Assembly (NCBI GenBank): GCA_001724265.1
Contig: MEDY01000026.1
Coordinates: 62,001-125,833 of the forward strand
Direction of reading: 5' to 3'
From: Rhizaria sp. SCN 62-66
Taxonomy: Eukaryota
DNA length: 63,833 nucleotides
The translations under genes and the position numbers were made by a program. Below, in pieces: positions 26,573-39,500 of this stretch (position 1 is its first letter; every line of letters starts with the position of its first letter). The notes beneath the pieces are model-generated. The model worked only from the letters and a program-made list of their open reading frames with translations, ran no database searches and was not told where the DNA came from.

Positions 26573-26916
26573 ATGCGTTGAAAAATATACAAATACAGCG
26601 TTTATTTCATAGAACGTGTTTGTTTAGCAAACTTATCGTGTTGAATTTGAAACTCACCACGAACGCGTATTTGCACTCCGTCGCTGGAGGGACCAGGCGA
26701 GGGGGTTTGCGAGACTTGCGCACCCAGGCTCTCACGGATACTGGCGTCGATAGTTAAGAATCTGTTTAATTTCCCAGTTAATTTCGTCACTAACATACCT
26801 ATTTCAGTTTAATTTGTCGCTCATCACCACGTCTTTCCCTTCCATTTTTCAATCCGATTTTCACGCCTTCCCACTACCCTCCTTCCTTGCGTTTTGTGCG
26901 CACGCAGTCGCTTACG

Positions 26917-29900
26917 ATGCCTCCGAAAGGCAGGGGCGGAAAGTCCGGCGGTGGCAAAGGTGGCAAGGGCGGCAAGGGCGGCAAGTCCGAGCCCGCGCCC
27001 GCGCCCGTGTTGACCCCGGAGCAGAACAACCGCGTCTCGCAGATCTGCAACGTCGAGACGACCATGCGCCAAGAGTCTTTGCGCAAGTCCAAGTTCAACG
27101 AGATGAAGCGCTTCGTCGCCACCAACGGCGGCGTCGCACCCGCGTACATTAACGGCGGCTTCGGCATGCCCGCGTCTCTGACGGACGTCGTGTTGACTAA
27201 GGAGGAAGTGTTTCAGATCCGCGAGGAGTCGCTGTACGTCGCACGCAAGTCTGTGTTAGGCGACGCGAAGCCGCCGAAGCCGCCGAAGCAGGAGAAGGCG
27301 CCCAAGGGTGCCAAGGGGGGCAAGGCTGGCAAGAACCAGGACGCTCCCGTCTACGAGCCCGCGCCCCAGCAGCAGTATCAACAGCAACAGCAACAGCAGA
27401 AGGGTGGCAAGCCGAACTACAGCACAGGCAGCAACAACAACAACGCTAACGCTGGGGCTAAGGGCGCTTTTTCAACGATGCTTCCCCGCGAGATGCTCAT
27501 GGCGTTTGACCAGTTTAAGGCCAGCTCCAACATGGCTCAAATCACGTTCCCTCCCACGTTGACTAAAGAGCACCGCGCTCGTCTCCACGACCTCGCGCGT
27601 CGCCAGGTACGCCTCTTTTTTTTTGTTGACATTTTGCAACGCATAATCTCATCATAGCTTTGTCATGCCACGATTAATTTCTGCATCTAACCGCGATTTG
27701 TTGAAATGCCCCGAATTGCCAAGTTTTTAATAATATTGCATCTTTGTTGCACTTCAAAACCTCACTTTCGTCCTTTCTTCTGCGACAAACTCTTCTCTGA
27801 CAACAGGGCTTCGAGACGTGCTCCTCCGGCGGCGCCTCCGAGCGCATGCTCACCATCTCCCGCGCGCGCTCCATCGTCAAGGACACCCGCCGCGCCGCCC
27901 GCTCCAGCGCCGCCGCCGCCGCCATCCAGGCCTCCGGGTCCGCCGCCGCGCCCACCTCTGGCCTCGCGAAGGAAGTGGTCAAGTTCAGCTACGACGGCGC
28001 CGCTCTGACCGAGTTGCCGCAGATCATGGACGCCTTCCCACAGGCTGTCAACGCGCTTGTCGCGCTCGACATCATCGCGACTGCCCCTGACGATGACGAC
28101 GACACCAGCGGAAACAACAACTCTGCCGGCAACGTTATGATGGTCAACACTGATGGGTCGATCGCCGTCGTCGCCGCGTCCGCTGCGGCCACGGGCGCGA
28201 CGGGCAGTGGCAGTGTGTCGGTCTCGCAGGCCGCGCGCGCTGCCCGTCAGCTCGCCCAGGTATGTCCTGTCACTTGACTCTAAGAAAACGAGTAAATTTC
28301 AATTCAGCTTATTATAAGTTGGACTACGCTTTGTTAATCGAACATGTTCTGAGTTGCTCAATATTTACATGCACAGTCTATTTCTAAAATTCACTAAAGT
28401 TGACTCTATAACTCATTTTGTGCATATTTCATCTTGCTTGCTTTGTTTCATTCCGAACTGCAGGCCCGTCGCGATGCTGCTATGGCTGCGTCCACCGAGG
28501 CCGCGATCGCCGCCGCCACTGGCGCCAAGCCCCCCTCTGCCGCTGCCCCGACCACTGCCGCCGGCAAGCGCGCCGCTGCCGCCGCCGCCGCCGCTGTTGG
28601 TGTCGCGTCCAGTCTCGTTTCTGTCGTGATGCCACCTGAGGGATTCGCCAAGGTCCCTGTGTCGGACCCGGCGCCGGCACGCCCGCTGCATTTGCCCGCT
28701 TTCGGCCGCAGGGATGAGTTTTACCACGCGCTCGACCGCCACCAGGTACGCTCACAGCTCGAAAGCAACCAAGAAACAACACGATGTCGTATATTGGAAG
28801 ACATTTTCCGACTTTATTTGATCTATAGTTCATTTTATCGCTTTGATGTACATTTGTATATACGTACACTAATTTTGGTCTTTATATGCTTACATATACC
28901 CTTATTTCAACTCATTTGTTTCTCCGTCTCAGGTCGTAATCGTGGCTGGCGCGACGGGCTCCGGCAAGTCTACCCAGTTCCCCCAGTTCATCCTCGACCG
29001 CGCCGAGGCCCTCCGCGCGGCGGGGTGCTCCCATACGGCCACCAACAAGGACGCCACGGCCTCTGGTCTCCTCCCGCAGCCGTCCGAGGTGCGCGTGGTT
29101 GTGACCGAGCCGCGCCGTATCGCGGCCATGGCGCTCGCGACGCGCGTCGCAGAGGAGCGCGGCGAGGAGATCATCTTCGGAGACGACGATGGCAAGTCTA
29201 ACAATACCAATAGCGGTAAGAGTGCTGGCACGGTCGGTTACTCGATCCGCCACGAGTCCCAGCAGAGCCAGAACACACGCTTGCTGTACTGCACCGTCGG
29301 CATCCTGCTGCGCCGCATCACTTCCAGTCGCTTCCGCGCGCAGAGCCGCGGCAAGAGCACGCTGAACCCCATGGACGACGGGTACTGGACGGAGCCCGAG
29401 TCGCCGTTCATCCAACGTCTCCTGCAGTCGCTGTCCAATGTCACGCACATCGTCATCGATGAGGTGCACGAGCGTGGCAAGATGACCGATTTCCTGCTCA
29501 TCATCGTCAAGCACATCCTCCCGCACCGCCGCGACCTCCGTCTCATTCTCATGTCCGCCACCCTCGACGCACAGCTTTTCTCCGATTACTTCGGCGGCGC
29601 GCCTGTGGTCGAGGTCGAGGGCCGCACTTTCCCCGTCGACGTGTTCCATGCGCACGAGCTCCTCGCCTCGCTCCCGCGCGCATGCAACCGCATCTCGCGC
29701 TTCCCGCTGGATCCCATCTCGCACCCGGCGCGGCTGAGCAACGACCCCATGCAGGGTCTGCCTCCTGGCGCGGGGCCCGGAGCCGTGCCGCCGAGCGACG
29801 CTGCCGACGCCGCGGCCACGGCGTACTTGGTCCGACTTGAGGAGTCGTTCGGGCCCACGGTTACTCGCGCGGCCCTGGCCATGGACACACGCAAACTGCG

Positions 29901-32724
29901 CGGCAACACCGACCTGACGCTGTTCATGGACCTTCTGCTGTACATCACTGACCGTGAGATCACGGCCGCTGAGCTCGACGCTATGGGCTCCGCCAAGGCG
30001 GGGTCGAAGCTCGCCACCGCCAAGCGCTCCGGCAAGGTGTGGGTGACTGAAGACACTGGCAAGGGCGGCAAGAAGGCCGGCGGCGCCAACCGTTTGGCTG
30101 CCGCCGCGCCCATCACCAGCGTGAGCTCAAAGTCGGCCAAGGTCGTCAAGTCCGAGTTTGACTACGACGCCGACACCGACGCCGCGGCCCTCACCGCCGC
30201 GCCCTCTGGCGCCGACCGCCTCACTGCGGCGTTCGGCGGCCTCACCCTCGCCACGGACAGCGCCGCCAACGCCGGCGGTGTCCAGTTGTTTGACGAGTTC
30301 GGCTTCCCCATCGCCGCGTCCGCCGTTTCCTCCCCCCCAGCGCCCGGTTTTGCGGCCGGTCTGTTCCCCACCGCGGCGCACGACGCGCGCTCGCACCGTG
30401 GCCGCCGCGGCGGCTCGGGCCCCGACGCTGAGCCCAGCACGCCGAGTGTCATCGCGCAGCTTGAGGCGGACGACGCTGCCCACGGTCATCCCTGGCGCGG
30501 CCCCGGCGCCACCCTCAACGAGGATGAGGACGAGGACGACGACGAGGACGACGGCAAGGCTGAGAAGGCCAAGGCGAAGGCCGCGAAGACTGCTGAGGAA
30601 GAGGAGGCCGCGAAGCCGGCGAAGAGGCATACGGCCGCCGCCTCTGCCGCAGCGAACAAGTCCTTCAAGGGCGGCAAGGGCGGCCGCGGCGGCGCCGGCA
30701 GCAGCGACACGCTGTCTGACCTGCCCGCGCATTGCCCCGGCCTGCCCCCGCGCGCCGAGCTGCCCTACGGCGCGATCCTGGTGTTCCTGCCATCATGGGA
30801 CAGCATCACCGAGATCATGACTGAGATCGAGATGCACCCGGTCCTGGGCGATAAGTCGCGCTTCTGGATCGTGCCCTTGCACTCTTCGCTCACGTCAGAG
30901 GAGCAGCGCGACGCGTTCGTGCGCCCCGAGCGCGGCCAGTGGAAGATCATTCTCTCGACCAACATCGCCGAGACGTCCGTCACCGTCGAAGACATCGTGT
31001 ACGTCATCGACTTCGGTCTCGTCAAGGAGAAGCTCTTCGACGCCAAGGCCAACATCTCAACGTTCGGGCCCACATGGATCGCGCGCGCCAACGCCACGCA
31101 GCGCGCCGGCCGCGCCGGCCGCGTGCGCCGCGGGTTCTGCTTCCGGCTGTACTCGGAGATGTTCACGACGCAGATGGCGCCCACGGCGCTGCCTGAGCTG
31201 CTGTGTACGCCGCTTGAGGACATCGTGCTTAACGTCAAGGCGCTGCTCATGGGCCCGCCGGAGGACAAACGCGACCGTGAGCGTCAGCAGCGCAACAAAA
31301 CCAGCAACAATCGCCGCGGTGGCCGCAACAACAACAGTAGTTACGGTGAGGAAGAAGACGACGACGAAGACAACGACGACGACGAGGAGGAGGACGCTGG
31401 CCATCCCACGCGTGTTGGTGAGACAATGGCGTTCCTCGCGCGCGCCATCGAGCCCCCGGAGGAGGCGTTCGTGACCAAGTCGATCAAGGACCTCATGCGT
31501 CTCAACGCGCTCGACAACGATGAGTACATCACCGAGATCGGCCGTTTCTTCATCACCATGCCGCTCGAGGCCCGCCACGCGCGCATGCTGCTGCTGGCCG
31601 CGTTGCTCGGCGTGTTCGACCCCGTTCTCACCTTCGTCGCTGCGTCATCGTGCGCGCCGCTGTTCGTGGTCGGCGCCAAGGACGAGCGCGACGCGATCCG
31701 CGCCAACATCAAGTGCTTCGCCGGCGACTCCGAGTCGGACACGATGGCGACACTGGGCGCGTTCAACGAGTGCGTGGCCGCGAGCGACCGCAAGGGCTTC
31801 TGCGTCGCCAACTACATGAAGTTCGCTGTGTTTATCGCCATCGTGCGCACCAAGCAGCAGCTGCTGCAGATCTTCAAGTCCGCTCCTGCGCTGCGCTCTG
31901 TCGTGCCCGAACGCTGTCTGATCAACTTTGCCGGCAAGCTCATCATCCCGGGCGCCGAAGAGGACGCCAACGGCCGCGCGCGCGAGGCGCACTTCAACTG
32001 CAACGCGCACCACTTGCCGCTGGTCGAGGCCGTCATCGGCGCCGGGTTATACCCGCAGATCGGCGCGCTGCAGGCCAAGGGTAAGAACCCGCGCGCGTCT
32101 GCGCTGCTGCGCCCACCCGTCGGCAACGTCGGGCTCGCGTTCCACTCTCTCGCGGCCACGTCCTCGGGCCCGGCGCCCTGCTCGCTCGTCGGGTACGGCG
32201 AAGTAGTCGGTACGCCGTCGCTCACGCTGCGGTCCATCACGTTCCTGTCGCCGCTCGCCGCGCTGGTGCTGGCGCCTGCGAACAAGACGGTGCTCGAGTA
32301 CGACACCAACGTCGTCGGCGCCTACGTCGAGAAGTACAACAACATGCTTGATGCGCAGGGCGGCAACACCGCGCTGCGCCCCGGGCAGCAGCGCCCGCGC
32401 GGCATCCTGCACATCGACGAGTGGCTCGGTGTCGAGATGGACATCGCCAGCGTGTCCAACATGCAGCTGCTGCGCGGCCTCATCTCCGCGCTCTACCAGC
32501 TCGCCGCCACACGAGGGCTCTCCGGCCAGGCACGCGCGCTCGGCTTCCACCTCGGCGAGCTCATTGCAGATGCGCTCCAGGGTGCCGCCGAGCAGCGCCG
32601 CATGGCTAACGCCAACGAGGAAGGGCTTAAGACGTCGCTGTCGCTTCCTGTCGGGCTCCAGGGCCGCGGTGGGGCGCAGCAGCAGCAGAAGCAGAAGCCT
32701 AAGGGCGGACGCGGCCGCCGGTAA
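26917..32724 (+). CDS. R3H-domain DExH/RHA-family RNA helicase (YTHDC2/DHX36-like); exons 26917-27606, 27807-28259, 28464-28745, 28933-32724
   Basis: R3H FPPTLTKEHRARLHDLARRQ|GFETCSSG; GATGSGKST, TEPRRIAA, DEVH, MSAT, GAILVFLPSW, STNIAETSVT, QRAGRAGR and an HA2 region. Three phase-0 GT-AG introns. Stop TAA. Confidence 0.92.
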
Positions 32725-33536
32725 ATGCGAAGCCGCGTAAGCCGAGTATTGTCTCTTTTGTCTTGCTCTTTGTTTTATCTTTTTGTTTCATTTCTTTGTA
32801 TCTGTTTTTCTCCCGATATATATCAGCAACTTGTCTTTTCTCTATCCAGTGATAGTTTCTACTACAATAGCCGATTAGTATTCTTTTCACGCGTTTTTAT
32901 GGTCGCGTTTTTTTCTTCAATCTAATGACTTATGTGATGATTCTTTCACATGCTCTAGTTCTAATCCTGTATGCCAAAAAAATGTGTTACGCAGTGTGTT
33001 ACACAGTTTAAGTATTCAAATATGTTTATGCAATGCGTTGTTTTGTCCCCAATATCTTTAATGTTGTGTTACCACGTACACGCCGAACTAGACAACGAAC
33101 ATACACACATGTACTTGTGCATAATTGAGAACTTTTGGGCTGAGAATCATAAGTGCCTTTCCGGTGTTGCCGTGAGTGTAGTGAGTGTATGACTCATAGT
33201 CGCGAGCTAATGGTGTTGAGCTTGCCTATTGGCCGCCTGTTTGTCACTCTCCAGCCGCTATCCAGCTTACGCCAGAGCAGTTTCCTGGTTATTTACTGGT
33301 TCCTACTAGTACTAGGTGACACGGATGTATACGTCGACGAAATAAGTTTCTGCAATGTGTATTCTCATGTTCAAAACCCTACGTTCAAACGTACTGAGCT
33401 GTTTGCGCTTGCTTCCACTGGTATTCAATTGCAATACAAAACCAAGTAACACCCCTTCCTAAAAATAAAATCACACCACGTGAGTTAATTAAACTACTGT
33501 AAAAAACTATTGTAACAAAACGTGATAATACTTACA

Positions 33537-36500
33537 TCACCGACACTGCCGGGTTTGTTTGCGCTGTTTTTCCAGCACGTACCACGCCACAAGCAGTGAC
33601 TGCTGCACAATCTTGCGCAGCATCACAGCGACCCACCGCTCCATCTCCACCGCGGGCCCCATCGCAAGATTCTTAAGATACTCCAGCCGCCACGAAACCC
33701 ACTCCTAGCTCCTGAGCGCGCGCAATGCCAGTCCCGTGTTGGAGTTGCGCTCAGCCGGGCCATACGTGCTGCTCACGGTGAAGGTGTCATCGCCGCGGTG
33801 CAGGCTCAGCGCGCTGTCGGGGTCGCGCCGCGCCGCGCGCAGGGCCGCGACGACCGCGCTGCGGGAGTCGAGCGTGACTTCGCTGCCGTCGGACGCGAGC
33901 ACCGCGGCGGGCGGCAGCGACAGGTCGTGCGCGGCGGCGGAGGACGACAACGACGAGGACGACGCGGAGGAAACGTGGAATGATGCGTCGGCCGCGCGAC
34001 GAGCGGAGAAGATGACGCACTCGAGCCACGAGGGCGGGTGGATCTCCTCGTCGTCGGAGCCGATCTCACCGCTGCTATGACCGCGGCCGGCGCTGTGACA
34101 GCGACCGCGACGGCGACGCCGGCAACGGCTGTGGCCGAGGCTCTGCCCGAGGGAACTGGGCACGCGCGCCATGACGTGCGCAATATCATGCGGCGTCAAC
34201 CCTTGTGACGCGAGCGTCTGCAGCACAACTGTGGCGACAACGTAGCCCAGCGCAGAGCCGGCGTCGCAGTGTTTGTCCACCATCTCGGCCACGTGCTCGA
34301 ACGGGTTCAACCGCAGCAGGTAGAACGTGGACAGGTCAGACAGCGGGACACGGACGCCCGGGTGCGAGAGCCACTTCCAGTGCTCGATGCTGTTGCCGCT
34401 GAGGTCGAACACAGACGGCAGCGCTAGTGCGTGGTCGATCGGGATCACCTCCACGGTCGGATCTTTGACCGTCGCAGTGCGCGAGACGAGCATGTTGCCT
34501 TCGTTGCGGTCCAGGTTCAGGATGCGGAAGTCGAGCAGCGCAATGCGGTGCATGCATTCGATCGATCCGACCATGCGGTCACCAAACTCCTCCTGGTTTT
34601 CGCGGAAACGGTGGAAAGAGAAGATGCTTACACCGCCGGCGGGGCCCGCACGCTTGACACCCTCAACGCGTGTCTCTGGCACGCCAGCGAACCGCTCACA
34701 GTCGAGGTAATACGCCAGAAGCTCGTTCGACGCGCTGTCACAGCTGCGCAGCATGGGACGCTCTTTGTTGCGCTGTGGCGGGAACACGATGACGTGTGGC
34801 CGCAACGGCGCCCCCGCCGCCAGCGTCGCGGAGGCCGTCGCTGCGTGTTGCGAGCTGATCCCGTTCGCTGCCACAGAAGCGCCGCTGTTGGCGCTGTTTG
34901 CGGCGGCGGCGGCGGCGGCGCCGGACATGTAGACGCTCGCACTGGCGCTGGCGCTCGCGGTGGGCTGCCCGGGCCGCAGCGGCGGCAGACCCAGAGACGT
35001 GACAGACCGTCCCAGCATTGGCGACGCAAGCGGGACGCCGCCAACACCGCCAACGCCAGCGCCAATGCTGGTATACGCAGCAGCGAGCGCGTCGCCGCCA
35101 CCGTAACTGTGACTATGTCCGTGAGTTTGGCCGTGGTTTTGGCCGGGCGCCAGCGTGACTGTCGGCGTGACAGCGGGCTCGTTTGAGGCGACCGGGCAGT
35201 CGGTCACGTCCTCAACCGTCACTGTGGACAGAGCGAGGCCGGAGATCGCAGACGACGACGCCAACGGCGCGAGCGCGGACAGCGACACGGACGGGCGCGG
35301 CGGCGTGCCAGTGGATAGCCGCTGCATGCACTGCTGCTGTTGTTGCTGTTCGTACTGGTACTGTGCCTCGGCCGCAGTATTGCTCGCGGCGGCGGCATAC
35401 CGTTGCCGCGCAAGATGCCCAGACACAAACGAGTCCAGCACCTCGCTGCTCTCCTTGCCCGTGACGCCGCCGCTCGCCCTCCCAGCGCCCACGGCTCCAC
35501 CGCTGCGCGCCGCCGCGGCAGTGGCGCTGGGGGCGAAGGCGCTGGCACCGGGCCGCGCCCACGCCATGCCGTCGTGCCGCGGGGGCGTGTCAAGCACCAC
35601 CGACACCGGCGCAGGCACAGGCACAGGCGCGTCCGCCGCGGACCGAGCACCGCCGCCAGCGGTCGCAGTGGAGCCGCGGTGCGCCGCGTGCAGTCCGCGA
35701 TGCTGCACTGCACTGGTGGCGGCGATGGCGTGGTCGCTGGTACTGCCCGCCTCGCCGTCGAGCCCGGTCGCGGCGGACTCGGAACCGCTCTCGACCTCGG
35801 CCGCCGCGGTCGACAGCACAGTGCGCGACGCCGCAACGTGCGCGCGCTGGCTCAAGTGAGCGTTGTCGTTCGCGGCGGAAGATGGCAGTGATGATGGCAG
35901 GGATGATGACGCGGACGGGGACGGAGCGGCGATCGGCGCGGGCGGCGGCAGCGTGGATACCCCACCGTGCGCAGTGTTGTTAACGCGACGATGTAGATGG
36001 CCCGGCGTTGCAGAGTGGCGCGGTGTCGCCGCCGGGCTCCCACCTGTCTGCACCGTGTTGCTCCCCGCAACAGCGCTCATGAGGATCGGCGCGATGTGTG
36101 TCAGCGAGCGGTGCACTGTGGGGACGGAGCTCGTCGACCGCACGTGCGACAACGCGGGCTGCATCACCGGCACAACGCTGTTGGCGGCGTCAGATGACAC
36201 GTGCCTGACCGCGCTAGCAGCGTCAGCGGCCGGAAGATATGGGTGGTACTGGTGATGACCGGAGAACGAGCGCGCGTGCATATGCGTGCGTTGCTGTTGC
36301 TGATGCAGCTGTTGCTGCTGCAACTGCAACTGCTGCTGCTCTTGCTGCATCAGCATCACTTCCTCGGTCGCGCGCTCTGCCGCGATATACGGCATGTGCT
36401 TCATCTCGAGGAACTTGGCGTCGTCGCACACCACGCGCACCGCAATGGACTGCTGCTGCGACGCGTCGGCTCCCAGCCCGAGGCCGCCCGCCGCAGAGGC

Positions 36501-39500
36501 GGGGTCAGTGCCCGTCGACGATGTCGATCCCGACGCAGACGCGGACGCGGACGCAGAGAAGGGGGCGAACGCACCCGCCACGCCGGCCGCGGGCGGCGTG
36601 AGCGAAACCAAAGGAGACTGCGAACGGCTCAGGTTGCGGCTACGACCGTGTTGAGACTGCATTTGCGTCTGCGTGTGCGTGTGCGTATGCGGTGCGGACT
36701 GGTAAGACATCGACGCGGTGGGACGCATCGGAGCAAAGAACACTGAACCACCAGAGGATTGACTTCTGCTGCCTGTGACGGCAGCCGGTGCAAACACCAT
36801 GTCGTCATCCTCGTCGCAGTCAGCGGTATAGTTCGCAGCGGCGGCGGCGGCGGCCGTGGTGTATTGCGCGGTGACCGTCGAGTCACCAGTCGCATTCACA
36901 GTCTCTGTCAGCGTCGCTGAAGTCACCCCTGGCGCTGACACCGCAGCAGCTGCACTCGCGTTCACTGCAGCAGAGGCGGGGGAGGTGCTCACAGCCACCG
37001 TGTTGCCGCCGCGAGTGCCCTCCATAACGCCGTATGAACCCGTGCGGTCAAGCGTAGTCAGCGCTGAGCCAAACGCACCGCCGGCAAGCGGAGTCCTGCG
37101 GCCGTGCTTCGGGGGCCGTCCGCCGGCGCTGCCGAAGCTGCCAGCGGAGGCAGGCGCGGAGGGTTGTTCAGGGCCGAAGGATCGCGTGCGATACAACTGC
37201 TGTTGTTGTTGCTGCTGCTGCTGTTGCTGTTGCTGCTGAGACTGCTGCTGCTGCTGTACCTGCACTTGTGTCACCGTACTGTAGACACTACCAGCAGGAA
37301 GACCTTTAATCAAGTCGCTCTTGGCGATGACGAAGTTCAGGGAGTTGCTTTGCCGCTGCACGGCGCCGGCGGTGAACGATGCCCCCGCGCCGTGCGCGAT
37401 AAGCGCGGCCATGCCGGCGGTGCCCGAGTGGGCACCCGTGCCCGCGGGCGCCGCGAGCACCGCTGACGACGCGCGCGACAGCGAGGCCGGGACGAGAGCG
37501 CTCCTACTGTTGGTCAGAACTGTCGTCGTCGTCGGCGCAGCCGCTGTGTGAGCCCGAGCGCCGCTACTACCGCTGCCGTCGGTAAGCGCAAGCGTCGGCG
37601 ACCGCGTCCGCAGCAGAAGCGCACCACTGTTGTTGCCGCCGCCGCCGCCGCCGCCGTGAGTCGCGCTCACGCTCTTGGCGAACGTGTCAGACAACGCATT
37701 GTTGCCGCTCTTGCGCACGTACGCGACGCCGTGCGCGTCTTTAATCTTGTGCGGAGCGGACGTGCCTTCGAGAGCGCCCTCCTCAACGTATTGCTCGAGC
37801 AACGGCACGGGGGCGGCAAACGCAGCGGGTGCCATGGGCAAGCCCGTGGTGAGGAAGAGCGTTGAGGACGAGTTCGGCAGCGCATCGAACATGATGCCAC
37901 CGGTGAAACCGCTGCTGCCGTTGAGGCTGGCCGTCGTCGTAAGCGTCAGCGTTGCCGCAGCGTTCATGGGAGGGTTGTTGGAGGTGTGAGGCGCTGACGC
38001 TGGCATCTGTGTGGCGTAATGCGGCACGTGAACTAGACCACGCCGCGTCGATTCGTGATGCGCGACTGTCACTGAAGCGCCAACGAGAGACGACGCAGAA
38101 GCAGACGCCGGCAATGTCGGAGCATTGTCCGCGTTGCTGTCAGCAGTGTTAAGGTCTTCGTCGTCTTCATCGCTGTCATCGTCCTCGTCTTCGTCTTCAT
38201 CTTCGTCATCATCGTCATCGTCGTCGTCGCCGTCGTTGCGTTCAGGGTCGCGGAGGCGGCCGCGCGGTGTGTCAGGACTCATGGGCACAGGTGCCGACGC
38301 CACAACACCAAGCGCCGCACCCGTCGTCGTTCCCGCGAGTGTGAACGATTCATCCGTGGCGACTGACACACCTAGAGACGCCAGAACCGGGGTCACCGCA
38401 TTCGACCCAGCCGCGGTTTCTGCAGCCAAAAGGCCTGAATTGCGACTTGTACTAACTTTGTCCTTATCAGCGGCGGGGACGGGCGAGCCAAGCGCGGTCA
38501 ACGCGTTCGAGGCCGTGGCTGTGGCAGGCACTCGTAGTGGCTTGGTCGGGAACGAGTATTCTTCGCAGACACGCATGCATTCGTTGGTGATGGTGATTGT
38601 GCGGCGCGACACGCTCTCGTACCTTCTATTCTTGCGGGCGCTATTCGACAGCACATGATTGCCTAGCTCCGACACTAGCGGCGCGTGTCCAGTCGCGGGC
38701 GCCGACGACGCAGACGGAGGCAAGGGCTGTGGGCCAGCGCTGTGAGCGACCTCCGACGACTTGGCTTCGCTGGTGCCGTTGCCATCGCTGTTGCTGCCTG
38801 TGAGTCCGTTGCTGGCCCAGCCAGAAACAGCGCTGCCGTTGACGAGCGCAGACGAGTCAGCGAGACCTGCGCCGCTACCGCCGCTGGCTGCGCGCTTGCG
38901 CAGCTTCCTGCTAAGAGACCGCCCAGAGGTTTTGCAGTTCGCACCGTTGACTGGACCGCCAGAGCGTCCCGTTGACAGCACAGTCTCCATCGTCAGCGTG
39001 ATACTCTTAAACGGCGACTGCTCACCTTGCTGCATGCGCGCGGCATGAGTCTGCACGTTTTGCGCGAACACCTCCTGCATCGTGTTCGAGACCGCAGTCG
39101 CTGACACGGAAGGCTGGGCCAGACTGGCGGACGTTAAGACCGGGACGTGGGCCAGAGAACCGTGCCGCTGCGCAGGAGTCAGGACGGACGCAGTCATCGC
39201 AGCCGCAGACATCGAGGCGCGCGACTGGGACTGCGCCTGCATGCCACCGCCGCTCACAGCGTTGCCTGAAGCGCCGACGGAAACCGATACAAGGTCAAGA
39301 GGCTTCCGCATGCGCAGTGCGCTCTGCAACGACCGCTGCGGCGACGCACGCGGGTCCGCGCCGTTACTGCCAAAGGTGCTGTTGTTGAAGCTGCCGCTGC
39401 TGCTGCTGTAGAACTGGTTGTTGTGCTGAAGCAGCGCCTGAGGCGGGGGCGGCGGGGGCAGCGTCGCTTCCGGTGAAACGGGGAAAGTGACCGTGGGCGA

